Origin: Mytilus edulis
Taxonomy: Eukaryota
Direction: 5' to 3'
NCBI RefSeq assembly: GCF_963676685.1
Contig: NC_092352.1
Span: forward strand, 6,200,001 to 6,264,000
Length of the DNA stretch: 64,000 nucleotides
The position numbers and the translations under genes were made by a program. The notes below the pieces were generated by a model. That model made no database searches. It saw only the letters and a list, made by a program, of their open reading frames with translations, and was not told the origin of the DNA. Positions 12,701 to 25,300 of this stretch are shown one piece after another (positions within the stretch are counted from its first letter, which is position 1; each line of letters begins with the position of its first letter).

Positions 12701-14428
12701 TCTTTAGAATAAAGATTTATTTGAGTAATTGTTATTTCAGAGAAGAGTACCTGTATACATGTCTCATATTCCATCTGGTACCTCTGTGCGAAACATGGTC
12801 CATTTTGGACAGGTAGGTATTTTTTAAAACTATTTTAATTACTTTTCAAGCGTTCAAAGTGTTTGTTTTTATGTAATACCAAGTAGAAAAAAAAATATCA
12901 ATTTGATAACGCAAATGCACCAGATTGTTTTTCAACACTGTAAATTTTTCTATAGATTTTGTTAAATCACCAACTTCAGTATAACAGTAATTATTTAATG
13001 ATTTAAACACCAATGATATGAAATAAGTAGAAAATACGTATTGCTTACAGGGAGTTATAAGTGGTGAGTTCCAGCTATATGACTTTGGAACGGCAGTTGA
13101 AAATATGGCTCGATATAATCGGGTAACTACATGTATATATGAATAAGAACAAACGAAATCACAATAACATTGGCATATAACATGTATATATGAATAAGAA
13201 CAAACGAAATCACAATAACATTGGCATATAACATGTATATATGAATAAGAACAAACGAAATCACAATAACATTGGCATATAACAGACGACACCCCTTCTT
13301 ATGTCGATCAGTTGCAATACAGAAGGCGCGTACAGCAATTTGTCACTTTCAGCGTTTACCATCAAACCCTTGGTCTAAAAGAAATTATCAAAGTTTTCTG
13401 GTAATTGGTAAAAGAAAAGGCGGGAATTCAAGGTTTACAAAAAGTAAAGCGGTCCTAAACTCAATTTTTGTCATTTCATTTGTTAAAATAATCTTATTTT
13501 ACTTTTTTCCAAAAGTATTTCATCTTGTTACGCTTTTAATATGTGCTTTTATTATGTCACCATCACTTCTAAACTCTAGCACTGATTTGTTACTTCCCAC
13601 CAAAGTCCATCTAAGTGTCACGAAAAGTAAGATGAGATTATTTTAAATCAGTTTTTTTAAAGGTTTTGATCAAAGTCAGTTTTCATTGTCAAAACTTGAT
13701 AGTGACAACCGGGCTTAAAACACAATAAAATAAGGACAGGAGTAGCACTAAACTCTATAAAACCGATTTAACAGATAACAAAGTTCCCAAAGAACAATTT
13801 TTAACACCTACTGTATCAAAGGTAACAGCTACTGACATCAAGTTGACGGTTCGCGATCAGCTGACATGAAAACATATACACTCTAAGATCCAATACACTC
13901 TTTTATTTATGGTTGTAGTTCAAAATTGATCTAATTCATAAATGTGTAACGTCACAATTACATTTGCACAGAACTTTAATGCAGAAAAAAAACAACAAAT
14001 TTCCAAATTAATGTTCATCTGCCAAATAAAAAATACCAGACCAAATGATTGACTGAACAACTACATTATCGATAAATCAATTAAGCTAAAATAAAGATAA
14101 AAAGATTTAAAGCACAATACCCAAACTTGTTAGCTTTATAGATAAAATTAATGTAAACAACACCATACTTTCACAATGTTAACCTCTATTTTAGACGACA
14201 CCGCCGTATGTGAATATAACACAAGTAGATGTTCCAGTGGCTATATACTCTGGTGGCAACGATTATCTAGCTGATCCTACGGACGTCAAGTTTATCAGTG
14301 ATAATCTTAAGCATATTGTAGAAAATAAGGACTATCCTAAATGGAATCACGCGGACTTTGTTGTTGGGGATACACCACCAAAGACATTATACAAAGATAT
14401 GTTAAAATTGATGGGTAAACTGAAATGA
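9707..14428 (+). CDS. Acid lipase gene 1 (lysosomal acid lipase / gastric lipase family), 8 coding exons, about 405 aa
   Basis: Exons 9707-9829, 10437-10551, 11163-11361, 11763-12009, 12311-12466, 12741-12812, 13051-13122, 14195-14428. All introns are GT-AG with consistent phases; total 1218 nt. Hydrophobic signal peptide, [23 protein letters not shown] oxyanion motif, [13 protein letters not shown], nucleophile GHSQG (11848-11862), catalytic Asp in DYLADP and His in WNHADF. Confidence 0.95.
13130..13283. repeat. 51-bp tandem repeat x3
   Basis: CATGTATATATGAATAAGAACAAACGAAATCACAATAACATTGGCATATAA, perfect copies starting 7 nt into intron 7 of lipase gene 1. Confidence 0.95.
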
Positions 14429-14689
14429 CTTAGTTGTAATCAATGCATATGTGTTCTCGCAAATAACCAAGTTCATATACAAAAATATACAAAAATACCT
14501 ATCAATGTACTACCAATCACTTTTGTTTTTCTGGACAACGACCTTTTGTGTGTATGAATAATAATTATTGGAGGCTGCTATATGTATAACCAAAATGATA
14601 ACGTCAGTCCTATGTATACATGGCGTACGTTTGTTCGACTGTATTGGGCACATTACATCTCAGTTCTGTGTAGTCAAATCGTTAAATAT

Positions 14690-15700
14690 GCAAATTGACA
14701 TTCCAGTAAATCGTGTTGAGATTTATAAACATCCAAATAATTTTAACCGTTAACTAATCGTACTGGTAATAGAACAGTTAGATCAACAGTAATCAACTCA
14801 TCCCGGTAACCGACCGTAAGGTTATCATATCGGTAATTAAACCGTTAGATAAACATCCCGGTTATAAATAAAGGCAACAATAGTATACCGCTGTTCAAAA
14901 TTCATTAACCGATTGAAAAAAAAAAACAAATCCGGGTTACAAACTAAAACTGAGGGAAACATCAAATATAAGAGAACTACGACATAACAGAAACACAACA
15001 TTAAAATGTAACACACACAGAAACGAACTATGATATAACAAGGGTCATTTTTTCTGACTTGGTACAGGACATTTAATAAAAAATGGTGGGTTGAACCTGG
15101 TTTTATGACATGCTAATAGTTATCAAAGGTACCAGGATTATAATTTTGTACGCCAGACGCTAAACCTCCCGCTTTTATGGCAATGTTGAATATAACATTA
15201 AAATGACATCATTAAATGACAGGACTACAATACACATAAATGGGAGGACATATATGACAGAGAAACACACAAATAATAGCTAACAAAAGGTACCATGTTT
15301 TTAATTTAATACGCCAGACACGCGTTTCGTTCACACAAGACGAACCAGTAAGCTCAGATGTAAAAAGTTCGAAAGCCAAAACAAGTATAAAATTGAAGAG
15401 CATTATGGACAAAAAGTTCCAAAAAGTTGTGCCTAATACGCGGCTAGGGTTTAATCAACTCATCCCGGAACATAACAAGCGCTAGATAATCATACCGGAA
15501 ATTAATCCGTTAGATAAGCATCCCGGTCATAAAATCGTTAGATAATCATACTGAGAATGAACCTGTTTGATACTCATATCGTTGATTAAACCGTTAGATA
15601 ATCATATCGGTCATTAAACCGTTAGATAAGTATCCCGGTAATAAAACGTTTGATAATCATAACGACAAACAGATCATTAAGCATACCGATAATCAAACCA
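14690..15700. repeat. Diverged ~29-bp tandem array split by the retrozyme-like insertion
   Basis: ATAATCATmCCGGTAATTAAACCGTTAG units at about 14690-14865 and 15452-15700. Confidence 0.7.
14866..15450 (-). mobile_element. Retrozyme-like repeat with degenerate hammerhead (15311-15355) and a second partial one near 15150
   Basis: Reverse complement reads GAGCTTACTGGTTCGTCTTGTGTGAACGAAACGCGTGTCTGGCGT; flanks are similar to 7360-7540. Confidence 0.65.
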
Positions 15701-16096
15701 ATTGACAACATAATCACGGTACAGTTTCTAACTCCAGAATTTCATTAATGCTCACTGCAAACCTTTGTTAAACAATACAAATGGTGACATGTAAAACATC
15801 CATCTTCTAAATAATTCATTATTAGTGTATATATGTTCTAACATTTTGAAACTAGACATCCAAAAACTATATGGGCAAGTTTGTTTCCAGTCCGTAATGA
15901 GAAGTTTCTTAATAAAAAGAAATTAATTGATGACCTGATCTGAAAAACATTGGTAAATTTACGAACATATTTAGTACTTGTATACACTTAACTTTTCCGA
16001 TGCCCTTTTCAAATGAGACAGACTTTATACAATAACTTCTCAACAAAAATATGAAGAATCTGGTATTAACGTTATACTGGACACGTTGCACTATTA

Positions 16097-16241
16097 AAGG
16101 AATGACTGTATTATTTTTTCTGTCTATGAATAAATAACATAAAAAATGTGGTGCACACTGAATAATCCGCGTAGTGGGTTATTTTAAAGTGTGCACCTAA
16201 TTTATTTCGGATAGACAGAAAAAATATTACAGTCATTTCTT
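16097..16241. repeat. Long imperfect palindrome at the start of a repeat element (to about 16395)
   Basis: AATGACTGTA...GTGCACAC...AATAATCC/GGGTTATT...GTGTGCAC...TACAGTCATT. Confidence 0.8.
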
Positions 16242-16874
16242 ATAATTTAATTCTAAATTCCATTTGAAACCGAAGTAAACCATGGAAAAACGTTGGTGAC
16301 GTCACAGTCACATGTCAAAATTATCATGTGTATGAGCTGATAAACCTAAGAACGTCAGCCAATCAGAAGACTCCTTACATTCAAAATTAAATTATTAACA
16401 TTTGTATATGGTGTTTAGCGCTATAAAACCAGTTTCAATCCACCATTTTCTACATTGGAAAATGTCTGTACCTAGTCAGGAATATGACAGTTATTGTCCA
16501 TTCGTTTGATGTGTTTTGTCATTTGATTTTGCCATTTGATTTAGAGACTTTCCGTTTCGAATTTTCATCGGAGCTCAGTATTTTTGTTATTTTACTTTTG
16601 TTTCACTGAATGCTTTAAGTTTTTTGACAATGCTGATGGAATCTATATTACATTCAACTTTTATAAAGAAAAACGCAGATACAGTTTCCCATCTACATCT
16701 AGAAATTGTTACTAATGGAAAAGTTTAATACATCCTTTAGAAAGTTTTACGAACCGCCACCATGAATTGGTTCACCGTTAAAAAATATCTGTATCACCTC
16801 CGCGTTCACCCTTGTTTTTGATGGGATTGTATTAATCACTTCACTTGTTCTTCCTACAATAAAATCCTACCTTA

Positions 16875-17005
16875 AAAGGTGCCAGTATTATAATTTAATA
16901 CGCCACACGCGCGTTTCGTCTACATAAGACTGATCAGTGACGCTCAGATCAAAGTAGTTATAAAGCCAAACAAGTACAAAGCTGAAGATCATTGAAGACC
17001 CAATA
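16875..17005 (-). mobile_element. Retrozyme-like fragment with mutated hammerhead (16900-16945)
   Basis: Reverse complement GAGCGTCACTGATCAGTCTTATGTAGACGAAACGCGCGTGTGGCGT; two core substitutions. Confidence 0.7.
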
Positions 17006-19309
17006 TTCTTCTTCGAATTAGTCTTCTATCGAGCATTAAGCCAGGAGCCTAGGTTAAGCTGACAGGAGACGCACACCCTGTCAACGCAAAACCGCGTCTT
17101 ACCATTATGTAGTTTATGCGATTCTGATTCTTTCCAATCAATATTTGTCTGTTTCATACCTTTAATAGAAAAGAAGACACAAACCATATTTCTTTTGTGA
17201 ATATATTTTTTGGCAATGGTATCCATTTTATTGACATGCATTAATCAAACATAAAAACTTTGTGTAATTTCGCCATCTACTGCATTTATTTTTTATTGTA
17301 TTGCTACATTAAAACTCATCAGATATCGAGCGTGTAATTCAGTATGCCATATTTGGTTTGCACAAACTTTAGTTGTCATTATAGCTTGAATCAAAACCAT
17401 AGGAGTGTCAAATCAAAAACAATTTACACATGACTTTCATTTACTGTACCGGTTACACCTCAGGACGAACCGTCCACCAGTAGTAGAACTTACCCAGTTG
17501 TTACCCAGTTGTTGAAAAATCGCACCAAAGATACAAGAAGTTATAATTTTAAATCACACAAAACGTACTTATTGTCGGCATAAGACTCACCAGTTGCCAA
17601 AACTGTCTAAAGTAAAATAAAAGAGTATTGGTAACCAAAACAATTCCACAAAAAGTTCGAAATCTTGTTATAGCATTACACACAAAGAAGAAGTAGTCGA
17701 TACCAACATTGCACCTTTAATTCTTCAAACTATAGAACTTGATTCCAATTTTATCATTAATTTTACCTTCGTTTTTTTTTTAATCACAAGTACACTGTAT
17801 GTCATACCACTAGTAGTACAAGGCAAACTATTGTAAGTACATAGATAAGATCAATGTTCTAACAGAATATTATTTGTTGATATGAAAGTAAGTAATATTG
17901 CCCTACACTATTGGTGAACTTCAGTACATGTGTCTTATCTTCATAATAGTGTTGATCCGTATATATACTAAAAACTTCGTATCAATATCAACAGCATGTG
18001 AGGGTGTACACATCTGTCTATCAGATATCATATTACCGCCTGTCATTTATTCATCATCCAACATAACTTGCGATCATCCGATGTTCAGTACTTCAGTACT
18101 TTGAATATCATAATATATGTCGTACTACAGGCATGAGGTAATTAACAAGTTCTGTTTGAGGTAAAAACATAGAATCCGACAGAAGGAGATTTTCACCTTA
18201 TATATCAAGTTACATTCAATATGGAAACATTAATTAATCAGAGTCGAATGGTAATACTTTATATATAATTCGGTTTTTTTATGTGTTTTTTCATTTGGTT
18301 TTGCAATGTGATTATGGACTTTACGATTTGATTTTCCTCTGAGTTCATTACTTTTGTGATTTAACTTTATACAACCAAAGAAATTCATAGAAAAGGACAT
18401 AGAACCAATCAGTCAGATAACTGGACATTACAACATATCACATAAACTATTGACATGTTAATTTCAGATTTCAAAAGTTAAATAAATTCATCCTTGAGTT
18501 ATTTATATAAAAAACATCTTATTTAAGTTATTTATATACTTGCAGGTGGACAATCGGAAGTAACAAGTCAATGATACCTGAGCTGGCTTTCGAGCAATAC
18601 TTTGGTCATATTGATTTTTCCTAATAATGCTATTTGGATCGTAACCCTTGGCTAGCGAAGATGAATAATGCTAAGCATTGCGAATTCCTTCACCGAAAAG
18701 ACACACTTGCAGTTATCTGGGTTCATTGAAAATTTGTCAATATTTTTATCAATACTTGATAAATACCGGGAATATGACATGACTGTATTGTTTCTAATAA
18801 TTCCTCAATGCTTTTGAAATGCCATGCATTTGAAGTATCACATCTTTAAGTATCTTTAGATAAATCGTAGACGTTAGTTGAATTCGATATCAGGTATACA
18901 AAATCCCGAACTCCGAGAAAAATTTTAAACGGAAATTCCCTATGCAAAAGGCCAAACACATCAAACGAATAGATAACAAATGAATTATTCAAAAATACTA
19001 TAGGGGGACCGATTTACCCTTTTTGTTTATTCATTTTTTTTTGGAATTTAAAAAATATATATATTTGCACGAAAAATAGCTATAAAGTTATTTTGATGTT
19101 TTCTCAAAAATTAAATTGTTTGTATGTAGTAATTTATATTTAGAATCTTATCAAGTTCTCATAAAAGTGGAGTGATGTTGAGTAATCTATTGTTTATTTC
19201 CGTTTATAGGGATAACATCATATTTTGATAAAAGGTGACAAGATAATTTTATGGTATAACATAATCAAATGACGATTTTCTCATTGTTGTTACGGTGTTA
19301 ATCTGAAAG

Positions 19310-22300
19310 ATGAATGCGCTACGTGTTGGAGATATTGTAGTTTTAGTTTGTACTATCGCGAGTGCATCGCCTATATCGGATAATTCTATGCAGAAGGTAG
19401 ATCCAGATGCCTATAGAAACGTTGTAAGTATCCAATCATTGTATGATATAATTTTTGTATACTTGTATTTGAAAACATATGTGTTTCTTAGTACAGAAAG
19501 TAAATAAAGGCAACAGTTCCGACTTTCAAATGTCAAAATTCTATTCAGAGAAAATAAATTCTGATTACAAACTAAAAATCCGCTTCCATAAAAAGTGATT
19601 TCGAATGTCGGATAAAGTACTTGTAAACCATGTTAGACTTAATGAAATATGTATAAATTAAAAAAAACGTTGCCATAAAATCAAGAATTTTGAGGGAAAA
19701 TAACTCTCATATTATGAAAAACTTAATTTAATAAAGTAATTCTGTGCAAATGTTTTATTATGGACTTTCCGAATTGATTTTCCTCTGAGTTCAGTATTTT
19801 TGTGATTTTACTTTTTACTCGGCATCGAAAGAGATATACGGTTTTGATAAATAATCGTCCCTTTTACTCTCTTCTTGTCATTACTTCCATTTTCTTTGAT
19901 TTTAGTCACAGTTAATAACAAGCAAGGGATATCCTTTTGAAGAGCACTCCGTGGTGACAGAAGATGGTTATATACTTGGTTTACACAGAATTCCTCCAAA
20001 GCATAGCTCAGGTGTCGTAGTAACTGTTCTCAATTTTTTTTCTGAAATATTTTTTTTTTTAAATGCTCGCTATGAGTAGGTCAATAAGAAAAAATGGTTT
20101 TATGATTGGAGGCATTTACACAAAGACAATGTCTTATTTAACTATTTTATATTTTAAAAGAAAAACTTTGATTTTAGATGATTGCAAATATGTGAGTCGA
20201 TATAGTTTAGCTATTTATTCCAGGGAATAATGGCAGAAACCCTGTCGTTTTGCTTCAACATGGTCTTCTGTGTTGTTCTGCTTCCTGGGTGGACAATCTA
20301 GCCAGTCAGAGCCTTGGTTTTATGTTGGCTGACCGAGGCATTGATGTTTGGATGGGAAACAGTCGAGGGAACACATACTCAAAACGACATAAAACATTAA
20401 AACCTACAGATGAAAAATTCTGGGATTTTACGTAAGATAAAATTCCTTTATGTTGTGTATTACTACTGTGCGTTTTCCCCCCGAAAGTAAAGTCAAATCA
20501 GTTCTGACTTTTCAGTAATTATGAATTATATAAGTCACATAAGCATCTAGGAATTCATAATTTGAGTAATCGGGATTTGAGGATATTGACCGTTTTTTTC
20601 TGTCTTCAGTTTTTTATGCCCCACCTACAATAGTAGAGGTCATTATGTTTTTTGGTCTGTTCGTCCGTTCGTCCGTCCGTTTGTTTGTTCGTTCGTCCGT
20701 ACGTCCGTTCATCCGTCCGTCCGTCCATCTGTCCCTTTTCAGGTTAAAGTGCTTGGTCGAGTTAGTTTTTGATGAAATGGAAGTCCAATCAACTTGAAAC
20801 TTAGTAAACATGTTCCCTATGATATGATCTCTTTCTAATTTTAATGCCAAATTAGAGATTTTATCCCATTTTCACGGTCCACTGCACATAAAAAATGATA
20901 GTGCGGATGGGGCATTCGTGTACTTGGGACACATTCTTGTTTTATATAGATTTAGGTCCCTTTTTATCACTTTGTGGGTCAAGCGTTTCGGTTCTTTAAC
21001 ATTTTTGGAGACACATTTTTGGTTTAAACTCTTTTGATTAAAGTTTATCCAGATAAGCGCTAAGAAATCACAAGTTTATACATTGAATGACATTTTCTTC
21101 ATTTGGTATCTTTTTTAAAATCAATTGAAGTCGCAATGTAAAAAAATCCGTTTCTCCGCCTATAGCTACATACATTGTCTCTATGAAGTCATCATTTCCA
21201 TGCTAAATGCGTATCCGTATCATAAGTTAAGGAAAAGAACACTTTCTTACTATCAATAGCCTAAATGTTGGAATGATGCTTTTATGTTTTTAAAGTCATA
21301 TTTTCGTTCAAAAGTAGAAATTTTGAAATTGACAAAAAATATATTTCAAGATTTAAAAAAAAATATCAAATGTCAAATTTATGATTTTAGATATGAAATT
21401 TATAGACTTTTGATACTTTAAAATATCATCGAGAAAAAGTGACTTGCTAATTCTAATTTTGCTCAGTTTTACATTTCTTCTGTTTTATAAAAGAGAGTAT
21501 TTCAAACAAAATTTGAACGCTTGAAGCCGAACTATTGGTCATCTAACAATGGTGTCTTTATCCAAAATGGAAGTCACGATGCCAAAACCCTCTGATGGAA
21601 TCAATACTGCTAGAAGGTGTCGAATACCTTTTAAATCTTTCAATTTTGTAGTTGGGACGAAATGGCAAAATTCGACCTGCCTGCCACAGTAGATTACATA
21701 ATAAACTCAACCAACAGCAGTCAGATATATTATGCCGGTCATTCCCAAGGCACAATGATTGTATTCGCTGAATTAGGACGAAATCCAACACTAGCTACCA
21801 AAATTAAACATTTCTTTGTCCTAGCACCTGTGGCTACTCTTGGCAACGTCGGAGGACCTTTTAAGGCAGTTGCTCCGTTTGCAAAAGATCTTGATGTAAG
21901 TTTATTATCCAGTTTGAAGTTAATGTGCTGTGATACATAATGCAAAACAGTGTATGTTGTGGCTCTTGATATTCTATTTATGCATGTCATACATTTTTGT
22001 AAATATGAATTGTATAATAATTTTCATATTTTATTATATATATGAAAAAGAGTTATGACCAATCCCCCTGCACTTCTTTTACCCACAATATTATAATCCA
22101 AAGACACCAAGGAATGATAAGTGTATAGAACGTAGGTGATTCCTGGACCTTTCTGGTAGTTAAATCCTTGTTCAAAACGTGATTATACCCAATATATGTG
22201 TTTGTTTAGATTATGAATGTTTTTCTTGTTAATTGAAAAGAGAAAAAAACTGAAATTTTGTCTTAATCAATCACACAATTGCAGTACTGGGCTTTCTTTA

Positions 22301-25300
22301 GGGTTTAGAAGATGGGAAAATATTCATGGTGTTTAGAACCCTTAAGTTGTTGATACTGTGAATTTTAGTAAAAAATCAAATTCGTTTTAAGATTTCCCTG
22401 TTAAAGAATAAATTCAGGGGATATTGGAACTTGTTCCAAAATAAAAACAGGTATATATGTCAAACACAATCTTCAGGCAATTTTCTTACTACATAACGAA
22501 ATTTTGCAATGGCATACCATAAAATGAATAACCCATTGTGTTAAATCAAATATCAACAAAAATACACAATTCCATGGTAAATCCAAAACGGAGAAGTTAT
22601 TTAAAAGAGGGGAGAAAGATACCAGAGGGACAGTCAAACTCATAGATCGAAAATAAACCGACAACGTCATAGCTAAAAATGAAAAAGACAAACAGACAAA
22701 CAGACAAATAATAGTACGCATGACACAACATAGAAAACTAAAGACTAAACAACAAAACTGGGGGTGATCTCAGGTGCTCTCATTAAACCTAACGAATTCA
22801 AACAAGTGTATGAACCAACAGAACGAATGGAAAAACAACAAGCATATTCCTGAATTGGTACCGAAAAAGGCTCCAATGGTTTGCCTCTTGTTTTGTTTCA
22901 GGCTTATTTTTTGTCTTTTCATTTTTCCGTCATTATCCGTTTTTACAAATACATCGAAATTGCTTTATAGAATCACCATCATGAAAACAGTTTCAATGTT
23001 ATATAGTGCTATTATGTATGACAAGTTGTGAGTTGCATTTTAATTTTTGGTTCGAAAGTATAACCTTGTTCTAAACTGTTTTAGATATTTTTCAATCTAT
23101 TCGGGAAAGGAGAATTTTTACCAACATCTGACTTCATTCGTTTACTTGGACGTGATTTCTGTGGAAATAACCTAGGAAGTATTGTTTGTGAAAATGTCCT
23201 TTTCTTTATTGCTGGCTATGATACAAAAGAGATGAATCGGGTAAGTCAATATAGAAAATTACCACGGAAGATGTCGCCAACTTTAAAGATGTGAATAGAA
23301 AGAAGGGGAAACAGATTGAGATACTTAAAAGTGAAATAAGAAAAATACCGAACTCCAAAATGGATAATTACAAAATTAAAATCGAGTCGTTTGTCTTAGA
23401 ATCCAGCACCGGGATGTATATATGACAACCTATAGTCAAATTCGTGTTAAAAGTCTAAAAATAAAGTGGAGAGAGCCATATCTACTGTTTCTTTAATTTC
23501 TAGTGCTAAAGAATGCATTAATTAGAAATTAATCAAAAATGTTTGGATATTTAGTTGAAAAAACACCAACAATAATTCTAGATGTAAAATACAATATGAA
23601 CTAACATGTTTTATTCAAAACAATTCTGATATATGTATAACATTTTTTAAGGATCGAACGTGCTGATATTTGGGTTTAGAAATTTCACATTAAAAAAAAA
23701 GTATAAACTGCATGAAGGAATTAAGAACACCAAACCAACATATACTCATGAGTAAAATTTTAAGTATAAACTGCATGAAGGAATTAAGAACACCAAACCA
23801 ACATATACTCATGAGTAAAATTTTCACAATTTCAAAATGAATATACAGTTTGTTTGTAATATCTAAAATCTAGCAATTAATTTTGTTTACAGACAAGGAT
23901 TCCAGTATATGTCGAAGAACATCCAGCAGGAACATCAGTTAAAAATATTCTTCACTATGGCCAGGTATACTTTCTTCATTAGGTTCACGTTAATCCTCTT
24001 AACTAAGTTCTGATTAACCTTTGTTACTATTCTCAGGTATTACAATTTCACTAAGCACAGGGAAACATATTTACTATACTGAGGTATACCATCTTAACTT
24101 TGCTCAGATTAGTGTTCTTCACTAAACTCAGAATAATGTTCACTGTGCTCAGTTTCATCTCCTGCACTCTGCAGAGGTAAATCTCTAGTCAATACTTAAT
24201 CAATATAATGACCAGGTCCTGCTACTTTATTCAACCTTTTTCACTATACGCAGGTAAACCTTCCTTATTATATTCAAGCCACTCTTATTCACTATGCTTA
24301 GATAAACCTTTTTTCACTATTCTTATGTCAACCTTCCTTATTATACTCAAGTAAGTCTTATTCATTGTGCTTAGATAAACCTTTTTTCACTATTGTTATG
24401 TCAACCTTTCTTATTATACTCAAGTAAATCTTATTCACTATGCTTAGATAAACCTTTTTATTCGTCGCAGGTTAACCTTCCTTATTATACTACAGTCATT
24501 CTTATTCAATATACAACTTAATCCTTTTTATTTTGTCTAATTAACCTTCTTCGCTGATCATGAGTAGTCGATTACTGTGTCACTCGTCTGTCAACACTAA
24601 GTTTTCCTCTCGAAGGTCGATGGTTCTTTCAACAAGTAACCTGTCAAGCATTATGCTTGGGTAAATATCTACCTCTCAATACTCAAATGTATTTTTCATT
24701 CACAAATAATGTCAATGAAATGTATGATATGTAAGAATTTCCTTCAAAAGTGCGATCATTTCAGTTCAAGTATATGGATAATATTTTCGATTAATTTTAG
24801 TGCAATGAAGTGGTTTGATATCAAGGTGTGTGGATGATAAATCTTGGACTATAAGTCCACTACCTGTGGTATAGGTTCAGTGGAAGAATGCATGATATTT
24901 TCAGGGAAAATGAGTCAATGAAAAAATAATATAAGGAAGGATTAATATCAAAACAAGTCTTTAAAAGAAACAAAACCAAAGGAGATGGGAACCTAGTGTT
25001 GAGGGGAAAGGTTTAAAGCATTTAGCAGGTGACAACTTCTTAAAAGGTGCTTACTAATTAATAATCGTTAAAAACAGAGAATAATTAGCCGGTAAAACCA
25101 GATTGGACTTGCATTCCGCTATTCTCGTTGTTTCTTATGTTTATTATGAAAAAAGTTATTAAAAAGTGTTTAATGTTCCATGATTAAAACGAATGCTATT
25201 TGATTAGTGAATCATCTTATTGTTAACTCTTTTTTTCTAGAGTGTGTTGAGTGGAAAGTTTCAAATGTTTGATTACGGTTCTTCCAAGGCCAATATGGAA

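Noticed and set aside
12846-13292. Cys-rich 148-aa ORF resembling a metallothionein or defensin
   Set aside because: The Cys pattern comes from the 51-bp intronic repeat read antisense and overlaps lipase exon 7.
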